A DNA stretch of 63,984 nucleotides, filler included, from Blastocystis sp. subtype 4 (Eukaryota): assembly GCF_000743755.1 (NCBI RefSeq). It is 5 parts of 5 records of this genome, joined end to end, with 100 filler letters (N's around TTAATTAATTAA, not from the genome) between each part and the next. Parts side by side here need not be neighbours in the genome. Positions count along the whole stretch, not along the records: positions 14,150 to 28,142 come from NW_014569277.1; positions 28,243 to 42,218 come from NW_014569276.1; 3 more parts are not named here. One strand, written 5' to 3'. Shown here one piece after another: positions 26,135 to 38,523 of this stretch. A program made the translations under genes and the position numbers. Numbering within the stretch: position 1 is the first letter of the stretch; every line of letters begins with the position of its first letter. The notes under the pieces were generated by a model, which saw only the letters and a list, made by a program, of their open reading frames with translations, was not told the DNA's origin and did not search any database.

Positions 26135-28142
26135 TCAATCCCTCTTACGAGAAAACATAATCTTCTGCGTTGGAAGATCATCCTCACTTTCAGAAAAAGA
26201 CTGTTCTGAACCATAACTTATAACTTCTGAAATGCGACTCATCATACTGTCTCGATTATCTGTAACATAACTAAAACGATCTGTCTCGATGCCAAGACCA
26301 CTATCACGCGTCTGGTATGAACCTCCTAGAGAGACTCTCGTCTGATAAGAGCCTCCAGCAGAGACTCGCGCCTGAGACTGTCGTCCAAAACCTGATGATC
26401 TTCGAGTGACAGGAGCAATCATCGAGGTTGCCATCGACTGCCTCATGCGCCGCTCCAACACTGCAGCCTTTCTTCCAGCAGCAATTACCTATACGTTATT
26501 CTATCTTTCCACAGCTACATCATTAGAAGCCTTTCCAGCCATATCCTTCTGGAAGTTATCCATAGCATGCTCTTGGATGGATCGTGTCATCTTTTCCTGT
26601 GCCTCTCGCTTCTTACGAATTTCCTCTGCTTCCTGTTTCTTCTTCTCCAATAGATTCAGTTCTCCCATGAACTGATCATAGAATTGGACAAACACGTCAA
26701 AGAATGAATCCACTGTGTACGTCTCTTTGTTCTCTCCCCATGTCTCCAATAATTGATTGAAATATCCATTCACTCGATTTCTCTCTTCTGTTAATGTCTT
26801 CAAACTCTTCTGGAGATCAGGAATCCGTAATGAAATCTTCTGAGGGAAACTATATCTCATAACCATTCACCAATTTCACCTGTCTTCTTCACAGCAAGGA
26901 GCAGAGTTACTTACCTTGGTTACAACACTCAAATCGGTTGAGAGTTGATTGATATCCTTAAGTGTATCCGCAAAGTTCAATTTCGAAGCATCCTTCAGCT
27001 TCTTTAATTCTTTCACAGCAGCTAAAACCTCAGGATAACTAGAATTCACAATATCACAGATCACTCTATCAATAAGAACCTTCTCTCATGCTTACGTTAG
27101 CAATGTCTTCGTACCATCACTACTCTTGGTTTGACTTAGTTTCGGTAACAAATTAATGCTAAAACCCCATGCACCTCCACGGATACTTTCTCCATTCAGA
27201 TAGTTACCTACAGCAAGAATAATTTCCATCAGCTTTTTGATTCCACTTGAATTCATCATTAGTTTCTCATTCTTTTCATATACTTCTGTGATTTTGCGTA
27301 TACGCTCATTCTCGTCTTCAAATGTGAGAATAGATTTGCAACACTGTAAACGTTGGAGAACACTTGGAATATCACTCAATTCATAAGCAAATAAACTTGC
27401 TGAACTCAGTTTCTTCTCATCTCCTTGGAAAGCCAGACACACTTCTTGTTCTTCTGGTGTAGGAGCAGCATTCACTAAGAGACTTACTAATTCCTTTGTC
27501 AAGATATTGAAATCACCAAACAACAGAGCATGATGAAGGTCTCGAACAGTTATCTTCAGTCGACCAATAGCAATACCCACATTCTGTTCTCGTTTGGGAT
27601 CCAAGAGATTCACCACCTTCTCTGAAGCGTTCACAGGCTCTGAAGGAAGGACGAATGTAATTTGTTTGGTTGAAAACTCCATGTCTAACATAGCTGTATC
27701 CAATTGAATATCACGATCATTCAGACTAAACCACATACTCTTCTCAACAACTGTTTTAGATGAAAGAACATCCCAATACAAAGGACGTAGCTTGGCATCA
27801 TGTTTGAATTTCGGTCGAGGAGGAAGGATCTCATCTTTTGGCTTCGTTTCCTTCTTTACAACTGTTGTACGAAGAGATGACGAAGAGGCGGTTAGAGGAA
27901 CAGGAGCAGCAGAAGCAGTAGGAACAGGAACAGGAGCAGCAACTGCAGGAGCACTGGAGGAACAACAAGGTTCAGTATGACCATCAGGGTACTTCACCAG
28001 TTCACCTTCAGGAATGTTAAGGAAACCAACAGTGTTCATATCAAGATCGAGAACAGAAGGATCCATTCCTTCCATTTCCATTCTCATCTTCACTTGTTCA
28101 ATGGGTTGACCCATGGATACTGCCTTAAACTTCTTGCTGTAG
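26135..28142 (-). CDS. Formin, FH2-containing C-terminal part (5' truncated by contig end)
   Basis: KLRPLYW, LLDPKREQNVGIAI, PTPEE, ILAVGNYLNG...AWGFSINLLPKL, DSFFDVF..F; preceded by an MGQPIEQVKMRMEMEGMDPSVLD repeat. Confidence 0.9.
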
Positions 28143-28242
28143 NNNNNNNNNNNNNNNNNNNNNNNNNNNNNNNNNNNNNNNNNNNNTTAATTAATTAANN
28201 NNNNNNNNNNNNNNNNNNNNNNNNNNNNNNNNNNNNNNNNNN
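28143..28242. other. Artificial contig-joining linker
   Basis: N/TTAATTAATTAA/N, 100 nt. Confidence 0.97.
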
Positions 28243-28566
28243 CTTGGACAGGAGACGGAACACTTCAGCAGCTTGGTTCTTGTCCAAGGTGTTCTTGAAC
28301 TGATTCACAGTGGGAGGAACCTTCAGACGCTCACTCAGCACCTTACGTTGTCTCTGGAGAACAATGTAACGAGGCCACTTGAGGAAGCGGGACAGATCAG
28401 ACTTGTGCTACCAATTACTTTCTGTTAACAAACTATCCTACCATAATATCACCACCAATCTTGAAGGACTTGGGAGTGGGAGCAAAGATGGGATTCGCAA
28501 CAGGAGCAGCTTTCTTAGCAGGAGCCTACGCCAATTAGCATTTCCCATCCAATTTCATCATACCAT
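28243..28566 (-). CDS. RPL7A: 60S ribosomal protein L7a/eL8, 5' part
   Basis: Spliced [55 protein letters not shown]. Confidence 0.93.
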
Positions 28567-28741
28567 TGTTTTCGACTCGATCGTCAATGAATTCTGAATT
28601 GAGAAAATGGATGGTGTGAAGATGGGGTAAGAAGTGAAGAATCGATGTAATTCAAGGATGCTTTTTGGATTTGAATCGTTTCAATCCCCCTAGATGAAAT
28701 ATTAATACCATTCTGCAAAAGAGGGGAGCTCGTTAATAAGA

Positions 28742-29796
28742 ATGAAGCCACTTGAATGCATAGCGAATTCTATTCACACTTTGATGTACCAAAGGACGAT
28801 TCTAAATATTCTCATTCCTGAAGTGTTATGTTCACGACTTAGCGTACTTTGATATGGGTGTTGATAATTGATATAGACAGAAGAGTGCAATTCGGATCGT
28901 TTTTGTCTTGCTCTCACCAAATGTTGTTTAAATCCATATATTCTAAGTGACTCCAGTTCCGTCGACTCTTTTTTGTTTGTGTGATGTATAGATATCGTTA
29001 TCAAAGACAACGTAGTATTTGAACACGATTTTGATAATAGGCTATGCTGGGATAAGGTTCATGTTCCAGAACTGAAAAATGCACTGCTGGTATGAATAGT
29101 GTCTTCATTTTATTCTAGGTTTCCGAGGATGAATCGTTAAAATACCCAAACCATGTTGTTATTAAAGAGGATAGAGTCATTTTGAATCAGAGCGTTATTC
29201 AGGATGCCTCTACTTCAGATCGTATCACTAGTCTCAAAGACTTATTGTATTGTTTGACAGGATGTCCAAATTTGGAAAACCCTCAAGTTGTTCCCTTTGG
29301 TTTTATCCCCCTTCCATTACGACAAGTGTTCTATGTGAGTTCATTCTCCTTCTGTACTGTCAATCTGAAACCCTTTGTTCCCGGACACGTTCTTGTGATG
29401 TCTCGTCGACCTGTTATTTCGGTTGACCAATTGACGGATGAGGAAGCAACGGATCTGATGAAAACAATTCGACGTACTGTTCATCTAATCAAAGATACCT
29501 ACAAAACTGATTCTATTACAATTGCTATTCAAGATGGCCGTCCTGCAGGAATGACGGTCCCTCACCTTCATGTTCACATTATGCCTCGGAAATCCCACGA
29601 TGCTGTAAGTGGCGATGTTGTCTATACGGAATTGGAAAAGGCAGAATTCTTCAAAGCGTATCAGAATCCGATGATAACAGGTTTGTATCCGTTAACAGAA
29701 TAATTGATAGTCCCTGATGCCGATCGTCATCCCCGAACCATTGAGGAGATGGAAAAGGAAGCGAGAGAGTACATGAGTAAAATCAAGAACTATTGA
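28742..29796 (+). CDS. FHIT-like HIT dinucleoside-polyphosphate hydrolase with an N-terminal extension
   Basis: VNLKPFVPGHVLV, AIQDGRPAGMTVPHLHVHIMPR, RHPRTIEEMEKEA. Start and 5' exons uncertain. Confidence 0.82.
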
Positions 29797-29798
29797 CT

Positions 29799-29813
29799 TG
29801 TTTGTAACAAACA
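29799..29813. terminator. Palindromic bidirectional poly(A) element TGTTTGT-A-ACAAACA
   Basis: On each strand it lies 4 nt past an in-frame T (29794 on +, 29818 on -). Confidence 0.8.
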
Positions 29814-29817
29814 GAAG

Positions 29818-30980
29818 AGTATGACAAATGAGAAGGAACGCGATAAGCCCATCTTAAGTGAAGTGGGAATGGAGGAACAGGCTGTCCCAAATCCAAAGCT
29901 ACACAATGAGGATTGAAGGCATAACGAAGGGCAGCCTTGCCAATATCGATGGCATCTGCACCAAGTTCATCAGCAGCATACGTGGCCGATTTGGTGTCTC
30001 CGATACCTCCAACAAGGATCACCAGAGCTCCAGTGCGTTTCTTCAACTCTGCACCCATCTTCAGCTGGAAATCCCATTCCTTAGGAATTTGCTGAGCAGG
30101 CGACAACGATCCACTGGAACAATCCACTCCATCAATGCCATCATTCTTAAGATCCAAGATGAGTTGACAAGATTGATCCAGATCCCAACCACCTTCAATA
30201 AAGTCACTCATCGAGATACGAATAAACAGAGGCATTCCATCGGGAATCACAGTACGAATGGCTCGAACTACTTCATGCACAATACGAGTACGATTTTCAA
30301 ACGATCCACCATACTCATCCGTTCGATGGTTACTTAGAGGGGACAGGAACTCGTGAAGAAGAAATCCATGAGCGGCATGAATCTGAATGAAGTCATATCC
30401 GGCTACTACAGCTCGCTTCGCAGCAGCAGCAAAAGCGTCAACGACTCCATGGATTTCGTCAATAGATAGCGCTTTGGGAGTATCCATTTTCGGACCGAAA
30501 GCAATGGCTGAAGGAGCCACCGTCTGCCATCCACCCTCCTCTTTAGGTATCGTATCATGACCTTTTGAGGTACTAGGGGCATAGGTTGAGGCCTTTCGGC
30601 CAGCATGAGCAAGTTGAATTCCCATTTTGGCATCATGCAAATGAACTACATCTACAATGCGTTTCAAATCAGGAATTTGTTCATCCTTCCAGATTCCAAG
30701 ATCCCTAGACTTCACCGTACCGATCCATCTCATACCTAGGAGAAATACGTCCCTCGGGCAAAACAGCGGTTGCCTCCTGAACAATACCTCCAAAACCACG
30801 GTGAGCATAGTCAGCATAATATCCAAGGTTATCATCGGTTGCAAATCCATCCGATTCCACACAGTACTAGGAGTAAGGGGAAGAAACCAAAGATACCAAG
30901 CACATCGGAGGAACAAACAATCGGTTCTTAAACTCGCAGCTACGGACGCGAAGAGACGTAAAGAGTTTCGTAGTAGACAT
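29818..30980 (-). CDS. NADH:flavin oxidoreductase, YqjM/NamA-like old yellow enzyme
   Basis: Spliced KNRLFVPPMCL|Y, EATAVLPEGRISP, GIQLAHAGRKA, IHAAHGFLLHEFLSPLSNHRTDEYGGSFENR; stop predicted from poly(A) at T29818. Confidence 0.92.
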
Positions 30981-31360
30981 TAATATGAAATATAATAAGA
31001 ATAATATTTGCTGTCACAAGATGAAGTGCTCAAACCCCGAGCAACTGACATTCTAGAAATCGTTGATTCCATTTTACATAATCCTGATTACACAAAATGA
31101 CGGAACTGAAAACAAGGTGAACGATTCTAAAGCGTCAATAATTAAGAATGGGCTTTAAAATAGATAACAAACAATATTGATAATTTGTTTACACGTAATG
31201 GACCTCAGTGAAGAGTTCAATTCAAAACTCTAATAAAGGCGTAATCGCGGGAATTAGATGATTCAAACGACATATAATTGAGTTAATCAATTACTTTTCT
31301 CAGCTGGTTTTGCCATCATTTTGAGTTTTCCTAAAAGGGTACTACCTTTCTGTAAGTAGT

Positions 31361-32982
31361 ATGTCCTCATTTTGCGATTCATCAAGTCAAAGTGGTTTGT
31401 TTCTCATTGTTAGATAATATTGTAGATCGTGATTATTCATCCGATGTTCCAGTAAGCGGTAGATGGACAAGAGAGGAACATACTCGTTTCCTCGAAGCTT
31501 GTTCGCTTTATGGAAAAGACTGGAAGAGTGTGGCTGAACATGTGAGATCTAGAACAATGATTCAAGTAAGCAAGTTAACAAATCTTGATGTGCCAGGTCC
31601 GAAGCCACGCTCAGAAATTTTTTGCAAAATTAAAGAAGAGGAAGAACGACCCTTACTCTTCTTTATCTCATATGAGTGATAGGCAGGATGAAAAGGGTGA
31701 GATGAAAATATCTCATTTTGAATCCAACGGGTTAATTCATGTAGTAAAAGTGATTCATAGGAGATTACAAGTGTATACCAAAGCGATATTGAAGTTGCTA
31801 AGTCAGCGTGAAAGTCTTTTCCAGAGAGTTACAAATTCAGGATGTTCTGTGTCCACTGATGTTCGATGTTCGAATCATGATCAGAACATTGCTGCTACTT
31901 TGCAGTACATGATCCAAGACACATCAGTTCAACAATCAAGTAAAAGAGAGATTGCTTCTTGGGTTCAGAAAGCTGTGAAGGATTCTCCTTCATCTTATTC
32001 ATTGGACCCACTATTTCAATCATTATTCTCTGAACCTGTATCGAATCGACCCAATTCCAAAGTAGAGGAAATGGAGAGTACAGTAGTGACTGTGAGAATG
32101 AACTGAGCAGATGATTGATAGTTTATGCAACAAATGCAGAGTTCAAAGACTCAGTCAACTGGAGGAAATGATCCTTCAGACCGAAGTTCGATTCCTTCGA
32201 ATCAGGATGTGGGGACTTCAGGGATATCTCATACAATAAATCTGGTACTCCAACAAATTGCAAATGTGACACCTCAACCTATGAATCTTTCACCAACTTC
32301 TGAGAATTCCGAAAGTGACTCAAACCCATCTTCAGTCCCACTGGTATCACCCTCAGGAGTACAATTACAGGCACTACCAAGATCGGAGAGTGATGGTAAT
32401 TCGGTACCGAATTCCAGTATACCTGTCTCTACTACACAATCCCTTGCTAATCCTGTTGCTGATTCGAACAGCGGATCCATGTCAAATGCTCCCACAAATA
32501 CAGTGCACACCTCTTCCAACCTATCTACAACGGAAGTTTCTGCTACTACGGGGACAGTCACACAATCGGATCCAGAATCAACTTCACGACCAGGTGAGAA
32601 TTCGGCATCCACTGTCTTACAACCGCACTTGCCTCTCTGTCTGGTGACGATGAGCAAATTGGATCTAATGACTTATATCGGGCAGTATGGACTCAGACCA
32701 CATTCAATCAACGAGGTACTTGGCATTTCCACAGTAGTTCCTCTACCAAGTAATGTGTTATCATCTGTTTTTCAAGTACAAAAGAAGATTGTAGATATGA
32801 AACATCTTCCTGTGGGAGAATTAGTATCAACAACAAAACAGTGTGTTGAAGGATATTTGATTCCAACTCAGACAAATGATTTGCGAGTTCCTCATGCCAT
32901 TATGATTCCACTTCCCAACTCAAATCAAAAGGGATCTTATTCCTATTCCATGTTTATTCCTCTAGCTGACAATTCTGAGTAA
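31361..32982 (+). CDS. Single-repeat Myb (SHAQKYF class) transcription factor
   Basis: GRWTREEHTRFLEACSLYGKDWKSVAEHVRSRTMIQ|VRSHAQKFF; TGTTTGTT at 32988. Confidence 0.88.
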
Positions 32983-33055
32983 TCAACTGTTTGTTTCTAT
33001 CAAACATATTAGATATCTGTGGGAGACATGGAATCGAATTAGCAGGTCCTCTCAC

Positions 33056-34021
33056 TTACAGCTTAGGGAAAGCCTTTTCGTTCTTGAGATCCACCTTAGG
33101 AGCTCTTTCATTGCGACGAGGTCCACGAGGTCCATGATGTTCATCATGAGGTCCACGATGTTCACGAGGTCCATGATGATGTTCACGATGTTCACGAGGT
33201 CCATGATGATGCTCACGAGGTCCACGACGATCCTCAAACTGTCTACGAGGTCTCTCAGTTCTCTCAGCAAGTCCATCAACAGCCTGGAAGCTCAGAATAG
33301 TTTCATCCTCTTCTTCTTCTTCCTCTTCAGCTGCAGCAGCCAATCTCTTCTCCTTCTTCTCTCTTCCCTTGTAGCCCTCAGCCTATCATTCATTCATTCT
33401 CTCCATTCTTACCACAAAGTAATCCTCTTCCACTCTCTTCACTTTCTCTCCCTCAATAGGCTCCACTGTACGAGGTTGCTTCTTTCCCAACAGACTGCTC
33501 ATCTTCGCCTTGCGTTGCTCCTCATACTCCTTCAGAGTCAGACCCACAGGCTCAGCTTCAACAACCTCTTCTTCCTCTACAGGAGACTTCAATCTCCTCA
33601 GTCTCATCTCTCCTACACATCACTCAACTCCACTTCACAAACAGAGCTTCCTTAGCATCCTTAGGATTACCCCAGTTACGAGAACCAGAACCGTTCTTAG
33701 GAATCTCACGACTAATGAATCACTATCATCCACTTTCAACCTACCCACGGCCAGTTCCACTGTGACGGTCAAATTCACGCTTAGGAGGGCGATTTCCGGT
33801 CGTACTATGAATTACATGCTTTTTCAATAATCAACTACCGCTTCTCATGACCATGACCTCCCTTTCCACCCTTTACCACTTCCTTCTTGCTTGTAGTGAC
33901 TTCCTCCTCCTCGTCATCAAAGAGCATAGCAAAACGATTCTCAGTGGACTACACAAACGTTATAACACACTCACAACTCAATTTCCATAGTTTCATTCAC
34001 TTATATTCATCTACATACCAT
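33056..34021 (-). CDS. SERBP1/Stm1/HABP4-family RNA/ribosome-binding protein
   Basis: M|STENRFAML, KREFDRHSGTGRG, KNGSGSRNWG, LTLKEY, C-terminal KVDLKNEKAFPKL. Confidence 0.85.
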
Positions 34022-34342
34022 CCTCTTTTCAAAACAGATATTTAGTTACGATTTGTATCGCAATTGTGAGAAAACCATTGTGGAGTATCACGGTGGAATC
34101 AAATAAATAATAAAGTATACGTTCTATTCTCAATTACATATTCTACCGTGTCCTTAACAACATAGCTTTTATTCCCACTATCACTATCGTTTTGTTATTT
34201 CTTTAACCGATAGGAACCGATAGCGCCATTGGAAATAGATTGCAATTTGAATCGGGATGGACACTATTAGCACTAGAAATAGATCAATTATGTTTGTGCT
34301 CAAGAATAGGACGATTTCAACTATTCATTATAACATTGACTT

Positions 34343-35046
34343 ATGAGTGAGGTTCCTATTGAAAAGATGCGCATTTATGAATTGCGCAACAAATTAAAGG
34401 AAAAAGGTCTTTCCGGATCTGGAACGAAGTCCGAGTTGATTGCTCGACTAACAGAGTACTATTCACAACATAAAGAAGAGGGTCAATCCCAGGAAGTATC
34501 AGCAGTGAAAGAAGTACATGAACGTTGGACATCTGAAGGGACGTAAAGACTAGAACCGACCGGATCACAAACTTTAAAGGATACTCCAGAGGAGAGTGTG
34601 CTGTCCTCTCCTCCAGCAGCCGAATCAACAGTGAAAACGACGGTTCCTGAGAATTTGGAAGAAAAGAAAGAACAAACAATCGTTTCGGAGGTGAAATCTG
34701 TCACAGAACCTGTCTCAACTCTTTCTGTTAACACTTCTTCAGATATAGATATTGGTGGTGTAGATACTTCTCTGGCAAAGCTCGAAGCTCGTTGCAAGCG
34801 ATTTGGTATTCCTTTTGATCCTTCCAAGTATATAAACAAGGAAGCGAAACCTACAAAACAGCAGGCTTCTTCTGAGGTATATAATAGTAGACTTATTGAT
34901 GATGTAGTATCAGCAGAAATTGCAGGAACGCAGAAAGCGATTTGCTGCTCCCTCGACTACTGTTTCAAAACAGGCAAGACTATCAAATCTTCCAGAAAGT
35001 GAGCGTCTGAAACTGGAAGCTCGTATGAAACGATTTGGACTCAAGT
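34343..35046 (+). CDS. SAP-domain ribonucleoprotein (SARNP/Tho1-like)
   Basis: SAP motif MRIYELRNKLKEKGLSGSGTKSELIARL; repeated RCKRFG/RRKRF/RMKRFG; end inferred as poly(A)-made stop at T35046. Confidence 0.85.
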
Positions 35047-35102
35047 TCTATCTTTGTTATATTCCCTTACTAAAGGTATAAAAGTGAATAAACAAACAGG
35101 AA

Positions 35103-38076
35103 TATTCATTCAAATGAAGTTTGTTACGAATCCACTGCTCGATCTCCTCTCCTGAAGGAAGAGGATGGAACTGAGAATGAACGTCCTTTCCATACTTCTT
35201 CTATACCTTATTACCCAATCCATTCGATACAGCAAATTCATCAAATGAATGACGTGTTCCATCCGTCAGAATGAAGGAATTCTCACGTCCATTGGGTGTG
35301 TAATAATGATTGAAGTCCAAGTCCGGTGTCTATCTGTGACTCCCCTTTCTCACTTTTACCAATTCCACCATGGTCTCTTCACTAACACCATTGAACCACA
35401 ATACATCCTGATTCTTGATGATACAACTGTTATTGCGATATACCTCACCCCATCCATACCTGTCATGAGAACCCTATCACTGATCTCATCCTCCATCACC
35501 TACGGCAGTATTGGCACAATGAGGTTCTGTGAAGAATTCATTTGTATCACCAGCATACTTCGTATCAGGGTAGATATACAAATTGTTCATAGCTAAGTTC
35601 ATGAACCTCACTCAATCCCATACATATCTTACTATGACCCAAATACGTCTTAAATCCTCCATAAACAAGAACATTATCATAATCATAGTAATAGCAAGAA
35701 CCATCATCATGATCCAACGGCCAGACAGCATGATAATTAGCAATGATGAAATTCTGACGGATTTCACTACCTGAAAGTCCTATCACATCCTTACGTTTGT
35801 TGAGGCTTGGTTGAAGGAACACCCGAATCATAAGTAGTAATGAATGGCATACGATCCCAAGAGTTCAATGGACCCTATGAATCAAATGAATGATGAATTG
35901 AAACATGATCAGCAGTCTCTCGAACTGTATTGAACATAAGTGAACGCTCAATCAGATTGCCTCCTCCAAAAGCATCATTAATGTTGATACCAGCACGAGG
36001 TACATTAAAGAAGATATTATTCCTCCATGTAGTACGCTACAAGTGAAAACATGGTATCCAATCATACAGCTGTTTTACTCTGCATAAATGGAGAAGATTG
36101 TTTGTTATATAAACCTAACTCACGGAAAAGATTATGTTCGATCAAATTATCATGAGGATGTGTCTCTGTAACACCATTCATTAACTGAGTACTGCCTACA
36201 AACAGAATACCTGAGTCAGAACCCAAGGCAAATTCATTGTAAGCAATCTCACTGTTTGTGACATGATTTGCAAAGAACACTCCATTATTTCCATTATTTT
36301 CAAAGACATTATAAGCAATACGGATATTCTCCGCACCATCAACAAACACACAACCACCTCGATGTAACGCCCAATCACCTCCTGAAGGAACTTCAAATGT
36401 TTCCATATAAGTGTTTCGAGTATGTGCAAATACAAGACCTTGAATGGTTATATCCTGAACAGGAGCATGCTCATTTCCACGAATCTACTTTCAATCTTAC
36501 TTGGTAAACTTACCTCAATCAGATTCTCCTGCTGAGCAATTCGGATTCGTTTCATATCACTAATTGTACCATTTGGATACAAGAACAATTGCTTTGCCTT
36601 GCGATCATAGAAATATTCACCAGGAGCATCCAACTCTTCAAACACATTCTCAATGAAGAAAGCACCTCCATGAGAACTACCACGACACTCCTGATAACCT
36701 CCTTTAGTCCAATTCAAGGTGAAAGACTCATCTGACTGAGAATAGCCATCAACCTCAAACATCCAGAAGCCCCAGTAACCTCCTTGGAATGCATGGAACT
36801 ATCAATTAGAAGAGAGAGAAAGAAATACAATGGCTCCTTCCGGATTCTGCCATTCACGAGGAGACCAATTCTTCTTAGTGATATCGATTCCTGTAGGAAT
36901 CAAATAAGTACACCCACCACCTCCAACAGGATGAGCTAAAGCCCAATAGGAAATAGCTGGTGTCCACTGTGTAGCAGGACCATCCAAAGCAATTTGATAA
37001 TTCGTATAGAGAGTCTTCTCCAGGGATGGTTTATCAAGATGAATCTCATAACCAGCAGGGAACTTACGGAGTTCTCTCCATTTACCATCCCTTGCATCAG
37101 CAAAACCTGAATTCTTCGTATGATAGCCTGTGTACTCTGGATTACCATTTGGATAACGAGCCAGAATCTGTCTCTTATCATTGATATACAGAGCAGTAAA
37201 ATGGGAATCATCCAAATCCACCTTACTCAAATCAGCCACATAGATATTCAGTTTCACACCACTAATCACTCCAGTTCCATCCACTGTACGGAACTCACCA
37301 TCAATGATACCAAAACACTGATTGAAGAATGAACCATCCTTTTCATACCATGTGAATCCAGTACATTTCTCGTCCTTCTCACAAGCTGTTTTACACTCAT
37401 CAGCACTTTCGAACTTACCGAGATAATGAACACGATCTTTAACATCTTCGCCAGGATTCGGAGCAATATCAATAACAGCATCTTTTCCATTGAAGATATC
37501 GAATTCACCAACACGATATGGTTTCCACTCCACTTCCACTTCCTTGGCTCCAGACAGAACGACCTTCTCATTCTTATACGAAGAGATAATAAGATGATCA
37601 TCAACCTTTGTCAACAGAATAGGCTTCGAAACATAATATGTTCCCTCACGGAGATACAGAGTTCTTCTTCCTTCGACTCCACGAACCAGAGAAAGACCTC
37701 GTTCAATTGTCTTTACAGGGGAATCAATTTTTCCGTCATTTTCATCATTTCCATGCACAATGTCAACAAAGACAGTGAATCCAGGATTTTCCACTTCAGG
37801 AATGCGAACACGTCTATCTTCTTCCGGTCTTTGCATTTCACATTGTTCTAGCTGCAAGGCATCAAATACCGACCGCAAGTTACCTCTTTCCGGTTGAATC
37901 TCCTTAGCGAAATCATAAGCAGCCATTTTTATGTGGCAATCCACATTGACATCGGCAAAATACGGTCTGGCCAAATCATGGAATTCACCGTTAATTACAT
38001 TCGGAAATGGACCAATGTGTCTGTCAGGAGATGTAGCAATGGCTACAGCTCCAAGCAAAAAGAGAATAGCGAACAT
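35103..38076 (-). CDS. Secreted right-handed beta-helix protein with a PAN/apple insert (GH141-like)
   Basis: Signal peptide MFAILFLLGAVAIA; GNDENDG..DSPVKTI, LREGTYY, LARYPN, ELDAPGEYFYD, DHDDGS; PAN motif CKTACEKDEKCTGFTW; stop predicted as TA+A at 35104-35103. Confidence 0.72.
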
Positions 38077-38348
38077 CGAATAAAAATGTGACACAATTCC
38101 GATAATGACATTCCCGCGGTTCTATCTGTTCACATCTGTTTTCGGATATCAACCTTTCTATCCTTTGGGAATTTCTCTAATGTATCTAAAGAGATTACCT
38201 GAACTTGAGAAAGAGTTTTTTGTGAAGCAATGCCAATGCAGTTGGTGTGATCAGCTTGGAGAATCATCTGTACTGCGGAAGTCACTCTTACTTTGGTGGA
38301 TTAAAACAAGATTATTAAGTATATTGATGAATTAGGCATGCTTTGTGA

Positions 38349-38385
38349 AAGAGGACATAGCTCTGCTATCGAGTTGTGTTCTCTT
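38349..38385 (+). other. 15-bp RNA hairpin with three G-U pairs and a 7-nt loop
   Basis: AAGAGGACATAGCTC-TGCTATC-GAGTTGTGTTCTCTT pairs fully only when read on +. Confidence 0.5.
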
Positions 38386-38523
38386 AACTTCTGTCCATGA
38401 GCATGATGAGTGATAGGATCAGAACACACATGAGAAATAATGATTCTACGATGAAACGGTTGCAAACTGAATTTTCTGATGTGCCTCAAATTCAAATATC
38501 TTTATTTTAAATCTCTGTTTGAA

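Noticed and set aside
30867..30896. GTATCTTT intron in OYE (and the GTATCCGT intron in CENP-S near 47295-47326) as U12-type
   Set aside because: 30-32 nt matches the major class and there is no convincing TCCTTAAC
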